A stretch of 64,000 nt of DNA, taken from Camelus ferus. Taxonomy: Eukaryota. The number at the start of each line of letters is the position of its first letter. Positions within the stretch are counted from its first letter, which is position 1. Location: positions 79,300,001 to 79,364,000 of the forward strand of contig NC_045697.1 in the NCBI RefSeq assembly GCF_009834535.1, read 5' to 3'. The notes beneath the pieces were generated by a model that was given only the letters and a program-made list of their open reading frames with translations, ran no database searches and was not told where the DNA came from. This document shows, piece by piece, positions 37,941 to 51,494 of the stretch. The position numbers and the translations under genes are program-made.

Positions 37941-40900
37941 TCTGTCTCACTGGCCTGAACTCGGTCTTGTGCCCCTTGCACTCCCCCACCTCCCCCACAC
38001 TTGCTTAGTGTAGTGTCTGCTTAGCAGTTGGTAGTCAGTTCATTTTAGTTTGAATAAGTGAGTAAGTGAATGAGATATCAATGGTAATTTTATGCATTTT
38101 ATATGCTCAATAAGTACTTATTAGCTAACTACCTCTTGCTATGTAAGGCAAGAAGCAATAATAAATTATGTCTTAATTACAGAAGTAAGGAATGTCTGAG
38201 CTCTCCAGCCTTCAGAAAACTATTCTGCAATAAGGTGGGGTGTGGTAGATAAGTGGATGGACAGATGGAAAGTTGGAAGGACATAAAGATAGATGCAGTT
38301 CCCGTCAGTCCCATCTCTATATTTTTAAGGAAAATTATTTTGCTTTGTTGTGCTTACATTTTTCTAATTTCTTCCCCCTATTCTTTAATTTCTCACAGCA
38401 AAATTGATACTAGGAAATTTTCAAGCAATTTTTAGAAAAACTCCATCATTGTTTTTCTAAGTTGAACTAAATAATTAATTTTTACTTTAATCTTTTGTGT
38501 GTAGAGTTGTGAAATGACAAGATTGTAAAAGCTAAGTTTCAGGAGTTGAGTTCAACGGAGGAGACTTAATTTCTGTCCCTTCAGACATCAGAAATGTCAG
38601 GCTTTTGTTACTGTCTTTCAACACTGCCATTGTTTTGAAGATGATGCTTGCTCTGTGCAGTTTGCATATGCAGATGCCCTTTGCCTGAACAGTTCTGTAG
38701 GAACGAGGTGTAAAGTGTAAGACGCAAGAGAAATTGAGAGAAAAAAAAATAAATCTCTTTATTATGGTGCCTAAACCTTCAGTGTACGGGAGCTTTGCAG
38801 CTGCACAAGGAGAAAAATGCATTCAAAACCATAATGCCAGTGTGAATAATCCTTTCTCGAATGCTGCTTGCAGACTGCTCCAGCTTTGTCAGGTGAACTT
38901 GAACCGGGCCATCAGATTGGCCCCTGTTCCCATCGCACACCCTGTCTATCACCTCAGGGCATTCACCATCTTGACTGTTGTTTAAAGAGAACAAGCAATC
39001 CATCATTGAACCAGGGAGTCACTTTCTCATAGAAAAGTAAAATCAGCATGTGACACTACTCAGCCCTAGTGTTTTGCAGATTAAAATGATACATGGCGAC
39101 TCACGTGTTACTAGGAAGATTAAGTCAGTTATCTTGTTCCACTGCCCAGACAAAAGAATTCCCCTCAAGCAGTAAGTGGGAGATTTACAGAAGCTGAAAA
39201 AGTTGGTCTCAACTATACGGCGGTAAAACAGAGAATTTAACAGGACAGAAAATGAATGTTACTTTACATCTATGCACCTTCCTGAAAAAGATGGTACAAA
39301 GAAGACTCCATCCCAAAAGAGGGAGCTGTTAAATCTTTGTACAAGCGTCTGCTGTTTGAGGTCCCAATTTTATTACCAGAGATGGACACACAATGTATTG
39401 TCTGACTGCCTTAGCAATTGATTTAAATATGGTGAAATGAATGAGCAGCCGCTGGCCCTGAGGCAGTTAGCTTCATAAGAGTAGGTTGCAAATCCTGCAG
39501 CTACAGTATCAAGTTATTAACACCGTTATTCCATTGTGTGATCTACACCGTAATAAAATTTTAAATGAACCTCCATACAGAAATGAGTTCACAATGGAAG
39601 GCTGGGATTGCAGCCCTTAATTTACCAAACTGAAGCAAATATTTATCATATTACAGAAAAAAAGTATTTCTTAAATAATTGAATTTGTAACTGTTATTTT
39701 TTTAAGTAATTTTCAAAAAGAAAACAAAAGTAAGTATCAAACTGTTTAATTTTAGATTAAGTGCATTAATTAAAATTAACATAAGAAAAATTCATTGCTT
39801 TCTAATTAATTTTTTTAACTTAAAATAATCTTAAAGTTTAATTTGTGTTTTTCCATTTAGATCTTACACTAAAAATAACACAGTTTAAAGACAGAATTAT
39901 GTTTTCCCTTAGGTTCTCATGAATTTTAAACAACACCATTGTTAGAAATGTCTTCTTTGTTTACATTTTGCCCATATTTTGCCACGACAAGTCCTTCCTT
40001 AAAGGCTATTTTTCTAGTCAAAGGGATTTCAAATTGAAGAATGCTCTCTTTTGTAACTTCTAACTACATTTTTAAACATTTCTTGTCTATAGCCAGCTAT
40101 ATGTTCTGTACATATTCTCTAAGAATAAATGACAGCACTGGAATATGTAAGTTTTCTCTGCCAGGGACAAACACCAGATTTGACCTTCTTTTCCTACACA
40201 AATCACCAAAAAGGAGAGGGACTATTTAAACACTTTTGTTAGACATTTGACATGGTCTTTTCCAAATAACAGAAGGACCCACAGCGACTGGCTTTGAAGG
40301 GCAGTATTCCCAACGTGTTTTCAATAGAGAACATTCTGTCTGGGCTGAGCACCTGGATCATGTGCAGCGTTCCCTTGGGCTGGGCAGCAGTCACTGAGCC
40401 ACCTGCATCAGAGAGGATGGTATATGAAGGACGGGAGCCTCTGGCCAGCTGTATCCTTCCCCAGCCTTTGGGGCATGTTTGTGTAGGAGCCAGGCCAGGA
40501 CAGACTAGCACACAGGCATCCATCTCTGTGGCCATCCTCTTTGCCCCACCCCAGATGAGTTAGCAAGATCCTTCAATGGTGTAGATAAAGGTTAAGTGCA
40601 ACGGAGCCCACTAGCCTTTGAAACATGCCTTGTGCAAAGACTCAAAGCCATAAATTGTCTTGACAATGGCAATTTAAAATATCCAAGTCCTAGGACTTTC
40701 AGACAAGCACCAAGGAAGATGACCTGAGATTGAGCTGGATATTGGTGTAAGCTCCATAATTCATCATGACCTTGACAACCTACTGCAAAGAGACCCGAGG
40801 TCCTCCCCTCCTTCCTCCTCTTGTCCCTCCATCCCGGCAGCAAGGCCTCTGCCCTGTCTGAGCTGAGCAAGGACACACACTCAACAAACGAAAATTATTC

Positions 40901-42619
40901 CTAGACTTCTTGAGACAACATAATCACATATAACGGCAAATTAAACTTGGCATCTCTAAAACTCTTTGTTGTTAAGTATCATCTTTTATTATATTCAACT
41001 CCTGGTTATTGGAGGGGAGGTGGAAAATGCAAGCAGTCCAAAAAGAAGGCTGTTGTTTAAGATCCATCCTATAAAGGCCAATAACACATTGTTGTTGTTT
41101 TTCAGTGGCTGACATAGTAACTGATGAGTGGGAGATAGACAGCCCCAAATTGCCCCGGATGTCAAGAAATGCCAGATTTTGCCATCAATAACTTAAAAAC
41201 TAAATTACAAGGCAGATCAAGATGCACTCAGTGCTTGGCCATTTGGTGTACTTCTTTGGTGGTTTTTGAATATATGCCAAAAATGCCTTTCTCAGAACTT
41301 CTACCAACCAGAGTGTATCTCAAATGCTAAAATGGTGAACTAAAAAAGATACTTGAGGAAAGTTAACTTTTTATAAATTTTAAAAATCAGTCCAATTATC
41401 AGGAAAATACTGTTTTCAGGAAGCATTTTATAGTTTGGTACAGCTGACTCATGCAATTTGCTAGAAGACAGAAGAGACCCTGCCAAGCGGTTTGTGTATT
41501 TATTGCGGTGTTTCCCATTGGAAAGACTAGTTATATATTCCACTCTGCTGAAAATGGCTTCCCCTTTGCCCCTGCAAAATAACCCTAGAGTTATTCTCTC
41601 TTTCAAATGCTAACATCATGTTTCTTATGAAAAGAGCTAAAACTCAGAGAGCCACAGGTCCCTAAGTCTAAATTCAGAAGTATGACCTTTTAGGAAATAG
41701 ACCCTTTTTTTGTTTTTTGAGAAAACAGTTTAAAAATCCAGACTGTGAATGACTGCCTCTCAGTTGGAAAGGTCACTTTGAGTGCACTGTCCACAACATT
41801 AACTAGAAATGACCCTTGTCATCACTCTCAGCATGTGGGACAGAAGAAACAAATGAAAAAACACACCCGAAAGATGTTTTCTAGAATAGGCCACTTGGAT
41901 AATAGATGAGACGCTGTGCTTGTGGACCACATGGGCTCCTGGGGCATTGTTCCCACTGTGTGTGAGTGTGCTGGGTGGCTTCACGATGACAAGGCCGTGG
42001 AGAACTGCAGCATCTCAACTGGACCACCATCGCAAAGTGAAGAAAACGTCGTCTCGGTTCCCAGCTAAGAGCACTCCCTCAGTAAGTGTTTCAAACTTTG
42101 ATGTTGTCATTTTCTTGATTACAGATTCCTTTCTAGAAACATTTTTAGGAGAACAAATCAAGGAAAATGTTTTCTTCATTTAATGTCCACATAGTTTTCC
42201 CCCCTTCTATGTAGCGGTTGTCAGGAAGGACTTCCACTAAGCAGAATGTGTTTTCTTCTGGCCAGAGTGAAGAGAGTTAAATTATAGAGCCAGCTGGTTG
42301 CTTGCCAGGGAGGTTGGAGAGGAAAGAGTGCCCTGCCCTCAGTTTTCTTCCCATATTACCAAGCTGCTTCTTATAGACCCTGGCCCCATCTCCTGCACCC
42401 TCTCCTCTTTCTCCCTTCCTAACCCCTCTAAGGGGTAGGTAATATTAAAATTAGAAAGAGAGAACTTCTGGCACTGAACTAATTCATAAGGCTACACCCA
42501 TTCTCCAGCTTTCCCTCTTCTGAGAAATGACTTTTAAACATCAGCAGGTGGTCAGGTCTCTTCCAATTCCACCTGCAGTCACTCTCATCAGCCCTCTTGA
42601 AGGGAAGAGTGGGATGAAA

Positions 42620-42805
42620 TCACAGGAATGTGCCCTGGCTCTGCCACTTACTAGAAGAGTGGCACCTAGCCTCTCAGAGCCTTAAGTTCCCACATGTAAA
42701 ATGGGTGTAAAAAGACACACCTTGAGGTGTTGTGAGGATTGGAGGTAACACATGTGAAGGACTTAGCACAGTGCCTGGCACATTTTGGTGTTCAGTTAAG
42801 GATGG
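42620..42805. mobile_element. MIR SINE
   Basis: 'ctggctctgccacttactag...cacatgtaaaatggg...gttgtgaggatt...cttagcacagtgcctggcaca'. Confidence 0.8.
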
Positions 42806-45302
42806 GATTTTATCATGGTTATTATCTAAACTCTTTCCCCTTTGCAGTCCTGTAGAATTCATTTTCCCAGACCCACTCTCAGTAACCTTGGTGGCCAAGA
42901 CCACTTAACTGCACATACCCTCAGTCCCTCCCCTAGACCCAGGGAATAGTCTCAGTTTGAAGGAGAAGTCGTTTCTAACCAAGGTGCAAAGTGGGAAACG
43001 CAAATAACAAAAACAACAACAAAAATAATAGATTCCATTCATGGAGTTATTTACTAATGCTTATTCATCATTATCATGTCACCTGGAAATATATTTAAAC
43101 CATATCAAATTACTATTTTTTAAGTCAAAATAGTCTAACATTCGCAGGTTCATACGGCTCAGTCTAAATAGTACTGAACATCATCCTCTCTTTCCATCTG
43201 TCTCCAACCTCATCTCCAGGTAGTCCCACATCCGCCCAGCCTCTCCTGACTTCAATTCACCAGATATGACATGCCCTCCCACAACTGTTTCCCCAGGCTC
43301 TTCTCTGTGCCTGCAATAGCCTCCCCTCCCTTGGGAAACTTATTTGTCCTTCAAGACTCAGCTCAAGTGTCACCGCCTCAGGAAGACTTTCTCTGACTCT
43401 CCTACTCCCCTCTGGTTACACATGCACACAAACACACACTTGCACATACACACACACACACACACAGAGGCTCCATTACACCATCACAGACCTTTATGGT
43501 GGGACCTCAATTGTACAGTAATTACTTGTTTATGTATCTGCCTCCCCCATTAGATTATGAGCACGTGAAAGCAGAGATTGTTGAGTTCATTTTGTCAGCC
43601 CCAATGCCTAGCCTTGCACTTGGTCGTTAATAAGGCCTTGTTGAATGAAAGAATTAAATCATTAAAAATCACAAGATTAATTAAGAGTGTAGTTTTATGA
43701 TTGACCCATTGTGGCATAACTCCTGGTGTAATACAGTATTTAACATTGCACCATGCACATTGCACGTGTTCCATAAATGTTTATGAACTGAATGAATGAA
43801 TGATGGCAGGTGAAAAATCTCTTAATTAGATCCAGAGGGTCCTCTTTATTTGTACAATCCAAATAAGAAAGGCGTTCTCAGACACTGAAAAAAGCTATGC
43901 CGACATCTTTGTCTTACAAAAGACTCATCTGAATGATAATGAGTGTGGAAAATGGATTAGCTCCTGGGTGGACAGGTTTTCTTTGTTTATTTGTTTGTTA
44001 TTTGTTTTTGGAGCTTTTTTGTCTGGGTAAAAAAGTGAAAATGCTTGAGTGCTTTATCGCTTAGGGACGTTGTCCCCTCTTTTCATGATTTTGATTTTAG
44101 TGCTTATTTAATTAAGAAAATTAAATTATTTTGATACATGAATTAAAACTGAAAAAATAATAGTTCCCAGGGTTGTATTAGTGTAGCTTTTTATCTTAAT
44201 TTGTATATCTACCAATCATACAACTCTGGAGAAACTCTTCACCGTCTGTTCTTGGGTCCTGGTGATAAGATATTATCTCTAGGAGTTTTCTACTATGAGG
44301 TGACCAAACTGTGTCAGTAATCTAACTTTTAAGGTGATCAATAAATGTTGCTAACCCTCGTTATATGTTTTATTACATAATATGCTTCAAATGAAGCTCT
44401 GAATTATTTTAGAAATAAGCGATTTATTGTTCTTGGCTCAGAAACCCAGCATTTTAAAATGCATTAAGAAGGCTATTTTTCAAGTTTTGTGAATTAAAGA
44501 GTGTGTTTCCTCCTTCAGCCAGAGCAGATAAGCATTACTGAGATTAGGGTACATCATGATACTAAAATCAATTAAAGTAGAATTTAAGGGAAAAAAATCA
44601 TTATCAGGGATAAAGAGGGATTTTAATTGGGATAGTACTGAGTCTATAGATCAAATTGAGAATCTAATAAAGTGTCTGCCTTCATTTTTGATGTTTGATG
44701 ATTGACAGCTCTGACGCCCCACCGCTCTTCCTTACCTCTCTGCCCCACATCCGGAAGAGCAGACCAGAAAGCCCAGGGGCTCTCTCCTTTGGCACCAGCA
44801 GGAGGTTAAAAGAATGCAAACTGCAGCTCATGGAAAGGACTTTCACACCAGCCCCACACTCTAAACACCCTAAAACCCTTCGCTTAGTCTTTCCTGCCAT
44901 TTTACACTTACTCAGGAGGTTGCCTTGTTCTCCCCAGAAAGCCTTATAATGTGAGTAATAATCTTCTCACACCCTTTTGGTGCATGCGTGGCATCATCAG
45001 TTTTGACTCCAAATTTTGGAGGGAGCAGGGGATGCATTGTGCATCTACAGAGTGACCACAGTCGGGGAAAAGTGACATTTTATCAATTCAGAATTCTGAT
45101 CCATGGGTACCATACATCTCTCCATTTATTTAAGTGTTCTTTAATGTTTCTCATAAATGCTTCCTAGTTTTCAGCATGCACTTTTTGCCCATATTTTATT
45201 AAATTTTTCCTAAGTAGTTTATATTTTGATGCTATTTACTTAGTATTATTTTCTTATTTCAATTTCCAATTGTTCTTTACTATTACATAGAAACATAATT
45301 GA

Positions 45303-47295
45303 AGTGACGTCAGCAAGATGACCAATGGTTCTCTACCTTCATTCCCCACCATAGTACATTGATTTTTCCTGTCATCCATGGATAAGAGTCCAGGAGCCCC
45401 ACAGAGAAACTCAGTGTGCCATTGGAGCAGAAGAACCCAAGAACAGATGCATTAAGAAGGTAAGAGGAACAGTTTCACTTTGCCCCCATCACTCTTCTCC
45501 TAAGGTTCAGTGCCAGGAAAGACCCCCACAGCCATGAGTTCTTTCAATGAAAAAACTGAAATCTTGAGAGTCTGTGTCTGGGTTCCCCAGCCATGCAGGA
45601 TTCTGCCCAAGAGACCCACATCTTCGTCACCTCACCCCGATCACTAACATAATCTGCAAGCTTCAGTGATTGGGAGAGGCTGAGAGTATAGCAGCCAGGG
45701 CTCAGAATTTATCAAAGGGATGGTACTAACAACACTGTGGTTCTACCTACTAACTGATTCACAGACTGTCAGAAAGCCCATCCATGAGAAACTGTTGATG
45801 CCTCAGTGCAAACCCCCAACAGACCCCATGTGGACCCCCATTGCTCCCAATGCCTAACCACCCTCCTCCTCGCATAGCCAGCTTCTGTGGACAGTGAGAA
45901 TGAATCTTTGCAGATAGCAAGCAAGCAAGCAAGCATAGAAAGCCAGTCTAATTCTGTGAGACAGGATGAAGGCTCACAAACTTGAGCATTTCAGAACACT
46001 TCCCTAGGGAAGACAAATGGGAGACTCTCAACACCCGGCCAGGCTTTGCAGGCTTGAGAGAAGGCACGTTAGTGGTGACCACTTCTTCAAAAGTAAAAAC
46101 AGCAATAGAACTTCCAGGAACATGATACTACCAAAGAAACACAATAATTTGCTAGTAGCTGACCACAAAGAAACGGAAGTCTATGAATTGCCTGACAATT
46201 CAAAATGATTATTTTAAGGTCACTCAGTGACTACAACTCAGTGAGTAAACAGATAGACAAGGTGACAAATTCAGTAAAACAATGTGAACAAAACTGAGAG
46301 TTTCAACAGAGAGACGTAAACTATCTGAAAGAGACATTAAGAAAGCAATCCCATTTACAGTAGCATCAAAAACAATAAAATATACAGGAATAAACTTAAT
46401 GAAGGAAGTGAAAGATGTATACATGGGAAACTGTAAGATGTTGTTGAAAGAAATTAAAGAAACAAATAAATAGAAAAGCACCATATGTTCATGAATTGGA
46501 AGAATAAATATTGTTAAGATGACCATACTACCCAAAGTAATCTACAGATTCAATGCAATCCCTATCAAAATTCCAATGGTTTTGTTCACAGAATAGGAAA
46601 AAACCCTAAAATTCTTATGGAACCACAAAAGACCCCAAATACCTAAAGCAATCTTGAAAAGAAGAACGAAGCTGGGAAGCATTACACTTTCTGATTTCAA
46701 ACTATTTTGCATAACTATAGTAATCAAGAACACAGAAACAAAGATACAGACCAATGGAACAGAATAGAGAGCTCAGAAATTCCATCAACTAATCTTTGAC
46801 AAGAGCACCAAGAGCACTCAAATGGGGAAAGGATTGCCTCTTCAACAAATGGTGCCAGGAAAATTAGATATGTACATGCAAAAGAATGAAATTGGACCCC
46901 TATCTGATTCCATTCACAAAAACTAACAATACAGAGGTTCCTTTAAAAATTAAAAATAGAATTACCATATAATCCAGCAATTCCACTTTTGGGTATTTGT
47001 CCAAAGAAATTGAAAACACTAACTTGAAAAGATGAATGTAACCCCAGAGTTCACTGCAGCATTATTTACAATAGCCTACATAGGGAAGCAACCTAAGTGC
47101 CTATAGATAAAGGAATGGAAAAAGAAAGTATGTATGTACACAATGGGATATCATTCAGCCATAAAATAGAATGAGATCTTACCATTTGCAGCAATGTGGT
47201 TTGACCTTGAGGGCATTATTATGCTCAGTAAAATATGTCAGACAGAGAAAGACACCATGATCTCACTTACATGTGGAATCTAAAAAACAACAACA
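45303..47295 (+). mobile_element. Internally deleted L1 (5'UTR/ORF1 start joined to ORF2 end and 3'UTR)
   Basis: Starts 'gtgacgtcagcaagatg'; ORF2-like 'ggaagaataaatattgttaagatgaccatactacccaaag...' from ~46330; 3'UTR motifs from ~46930. Confidence 0.75.
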
Positions 47296-47299
47296 AAAA

Positions 47300-47300
<1 letters not shown>

Positions 47301-47334
<34 letters not shown>
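47301..47334. repeat. (CA)n microsatellite
   Basis: Perfect CA run at the L1 tail. Confidence 0.95.
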
Positions 47335-47335
<1 letters not shown>

Positions 47336-49019
47336 GCGTATACCAGCTTTCTCTTCTTTCTGTTTATTTAATGTTGTGGTCAAAGAAGAGAGAATTAATT
47401 TCCCATTCACCCTGACTCAAATGAGATAATGAGGTTGGGACTGGAGGTTCTCACTGCCAGTCCTGTTTGCCCCAGCAGGGGCTTTAAAGTGACTTTGAAG
47501 CAGATGCCAGGTTAAGGGCAAATCCTACTAGAGAGTCTAGATTTGCTTAGATGGGAAAGGAAGAAATTTCCCAGGGATGGAGCTGAAACTGATTGAATTG
47601 ATCTGAATTTGAGAAGCAGGGAATAAAGAGGCAGTGAGATTACTCCTTGACTGGTCGCCAGGTTTCTCGGTGTCCTGAAATTGCTGCCTCTTTATGTATT
47701 GTAAAAGTGAAATGAGGCCTGGTTTAAAGAAGGGAGTCAATACTCCAATCTGGCACATACCAAATCTACACCTTGACAGAACCTTAGAAGGCTTGTCTCA
47801 ATCATATTTGATGTCTATATTGATTCTTTTTCATTACCTGGGTAATACAAACATAGAATTTCATACTCTATTGTACTGTATATGGTACAAAGGAAAGGGG
47901 CCTCCCTTACCCCACCAATCCAGTCTCATTCCCAGTGTCTACTATTACTGTTTGGTTTGTATTCATTCATTCTTTCATGTGTTTTCCTATGCTCATATGA
48001 ACATATGGATACAAATTTTAAAAGATGTTGATATTTTTATTAAAATTGAATTATTCATACATAATGTTCTACAGATTGGTATTTTCATTTACTAAGATAT
48101 TGTGGACAATTTACCTCTTCCAGATTTTGTCCAAGGTAGACTTTACCAGGAATAATGTAAATAAGAAGCATTACCATGATTAATACAGCTGCCCCACAAA
48201 ACAGCCCTCCCAGATTATATATGTGTTTTTTAACCAAGGCCATCCAGAAATAATCCTTCATATTTGTTTGTACTGTCTTGTGCCACAGTTCATAAGTGCC
48301 CATCCCAGAGCTAATGCCAAGCTGGCTGCAGAATCATTCCAGTTTTTTTTTAAATACAGATTCTGGGCTCGAGCTTCAACAAGTCTCATCCCATAAGTCT
48401 GGAAAAGGAGCTGGGAATTTATAAATATAACACTAAGCAATTCTGAGAATCAGCCAAGTTTGGAGACACTGGAACCACCAGTGTTTCCACATTAGCAGTG
48501 TCGGTAGTGGCAGATGAGCTTGTGGTCACCCCAGCAAGTCAGCTCGCTTAGCGACACTCCACCCTTAGGGCAGTGCGTAGTATTCCCCGCTGTGAAAGCA
48601 CCGTAACTTATGTAACTGTGCCCACTGATGAACACTTAATCAGTTCCATTGTTTTTTTAAAGCAACACTATAACAAACATCTGAGTGTCTGTTTGTGTGT
48701 GTGTGTGCAGGCAGAGAGAGAATAAAAGTTTCTGTAGGGTAACTTCTTAAATACGGAGTTTCGGGTTCAGTGGGTATATGCTTTTTAATTTTTGCAACAA
48801 CTCCAAAACCACACCACATAGACTCTTCTCTTGTTCCATGGTGTATTATAAAAGGACTTTATTTCACTTCTCCAAAGAATTATATTAATTATAGTTATTA
48901 ACTATAAATAATGTCATTCTAAAATCGATGGTAGTTACAATTATTGTACATTTTTACTAATCTGTATTTTTCTTTGACACTTCAATAGAACTCATTTTTT
49001 TAACCTTTCTCAATTAATA

Positions 49020-49282
49020 CTTTTATTTTTTATTGAAGTAAATTGCTGTGCAATATTATATGTTACAGGTGTACAACATAGTGATTCACAATTTTTAAAG
49101 GTTATACTCCATTTATAGTTATTATTAAATGTTGGCTATATTCCCCGTGTTTTACAATATATCCTTGTAGCTTATTTTATAAATACCTAACAGTCTGTAC
49201 CTACACTCCCCTCCCCTTCTCCTGTCCCTCCCCCCTCCCCTCTCCCTACTGGTAACCACTAGTTTGTTCTCTATATCTGTGG
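49020..49282 (-). mobile_element. L1 3' fragment (artiodactyl-type)
   Basis: T-run then 'ttgaagtaaattgctgtgcaatattatatgttacaggtgtacaacatagtgattcacaa...ggtaaccactagtttgttctctatatctgtg'. Confidence 0.8.
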
Positions 49283-49359
49283 GACTCATGTTATCTTTGA
49301 AATAACTAAAAATCTAAATCCTGTATAATTTTTATACTTAAAATACCACCACATACATA

Positions 49360-49943
49360 TGTTACTGAACTAGGCCCATTTACCCAATAGCCAGGAAGCC
49401 AAACACTGAGACATGTAGATTTGCAGCAGAGAAGAGGTTTATTCACAAGGCAGCCAAATGAGGAAACAAGAGAACAAGTCTCAAATCCGCCTCCCCCAAG
49501 GTGAGGGGCTTGGGATATTTATGGGATAAAGCTGAGGCATAGGGAGTGTGGGGAAACGTGATTGAAGATAAGAAAAAGGTGAAGTCTCATCCGTCTGTGC
49601 AGACACAACAGGTGCAGCTCAATTACAAGCTTCTTGGTAGGAGGGAAATGGCAGTCATGCACATTCAGGGTGGAGTTTTTGGCCCTCTTACCTCAAAAGG
49701 TCACCGAGAGCAGACACTCACACATGCCCAGTCAAAACTGGCTCAGACTGGACACAGCTGACTACAAGTTCCAGAAAAAACAACCTGGGCAAACATCTTA
49801 TTGTTTAGGCTGCCTGACGCTTGGAGGACAGGCAAGTTTTTGTAAAAACAAAGTGGCTTGATCAGTGAAGATGGGTTACAGTTCGTAATTTATTAAGCAA
49901 GTTAGGGTTTAAAGGATCTAATTGGTGACTAGCCTCAGCTTCA
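49360..49943 (-). mobile_element. ERV1 solo LTR (MER41-like, artiodactyl type)
   Basis: TGTTAC...TTCA termini, near-TSD cata/catt, antisense AATAAA (tttatt ~49438); family name from recall. Confidence 0.6.
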
Positions 49944-51463
49944 CATTTGGGACTCATCATTTTCAAAAAAATAACAAACTAGCGACCATCTGTTAGGACT
50001 CCCTGTATGCCAACATTACGTGGACTAGCTCATTTAACTCTATTTACAAATTAAAGGTACTTAAGTCCACAAGCTAATAAACATTAGAAGTGGGATTTAA
50101 ACCAAAGCTGACTGATCCCCAAGCCCAGGCATGTGAGTGTTTGAATTTAACTTTTCTATTTACTGTGATAGAGCAATGTGAATGGGAGTTTGAGTATATT
50201 ACAACACATATAGAAAGATGTCACTATTGCCTCTTAAACTGTTCAAAAATTGTGCTTATATAGAATATATCCTGACTCCCTAACTCCCACCTTGCCAACT
50301 ACCTCACTTCTTCTCAGCTCTTCGGCATGCTCTTCCCAGCTGTGGAAGAGTCTAGGCACAGCTTGAAACAATGAAATATTGTATATATATTTTTAATGGA
50401 TTGTTCAGGCAGACCCTTTTATGACCACATCTATGATGAGGATTGGGGGAAAGGTTAACATTTTAACATACTACTTTCTTCTTCTTACCAAAAAAAAAAA
50501 AAAAAAAAAGGCAGGGATTGAGATGTGTCTTAACCGTATGCACACAAATAGGAATTTAAAACTAGTTGTTCTTTGTCTATAGAAGAGTTTCTTCATTCAT
50601 CAGCATTAACTCAACAAATATTTATTGAACTCTTACTATGTGGGAGGCACTGTTAGGAGTGCTGGAGATAACATCAAAGCACGAGGGGACACACATCCTA
50701 CTGGAGATTACATTCTGGTGAGGGAAAACAAGGTAAACAAAATAAGTTAGCAAAATAGTACACTCTTTGGTGATCAGTGTGAGAAAAATAAAAATGGTTG
50801 GACCTTTCCAAAGTAATGTACATAACTGGACAAGAGTAAAAGAATCATATATGTATTCAATACATTGTCTCCACCTGAATTAATATCTAAAAGTCTATCA
50901 ACTTATAAAGGGAAAAAGGTCATTTGTTGACTCAGATCTCTCGAGTCTCTGCATTGTAAGGGGAAAATCAAACCTCTTTACTAAAACATCCATATTTTTG
51001 TAACTTTTAATGAATTTCAGTGGCAGAGGAGTATGCTTCATCCAGCCTTTGAAAAATAAGTAGTATTCTGAGGTGAAGCTAGAAGAACACTAGTTCATAA
51101 GGAATAAAGTAAAATTCCAAACTGCTATTCTTGGGCTGTTTCATTCAGTTTTCACCACCTCTCTGCCACTCTACAACTTTCTGCTCTGAGGCCCACCCTC
51201 TCCCCTCTTCAGCAAACCAGACCATCATGTTAATAAGAGTTGATTTGTAAATAGCGTCTCCCTCACGCCATCCCCACCCCCCTTTGGCCAGGCTCCTACT
51301 TTCCTGCTCAATGGCGCAGATGCGGCTTCGCGCTGACTGGGACCAGGCAGCTATTAGCAGCAAATCCAGTAAGGGAAATTAATGAAGGGGACAACTAATA
51401 AAAGACAGCTCAGGACAGCCAGACTAACTTGCTCCGAGCAGTAATTAACTTTTTTCTTTTCTT

Positions 51464-51494
<31 letters not shown>

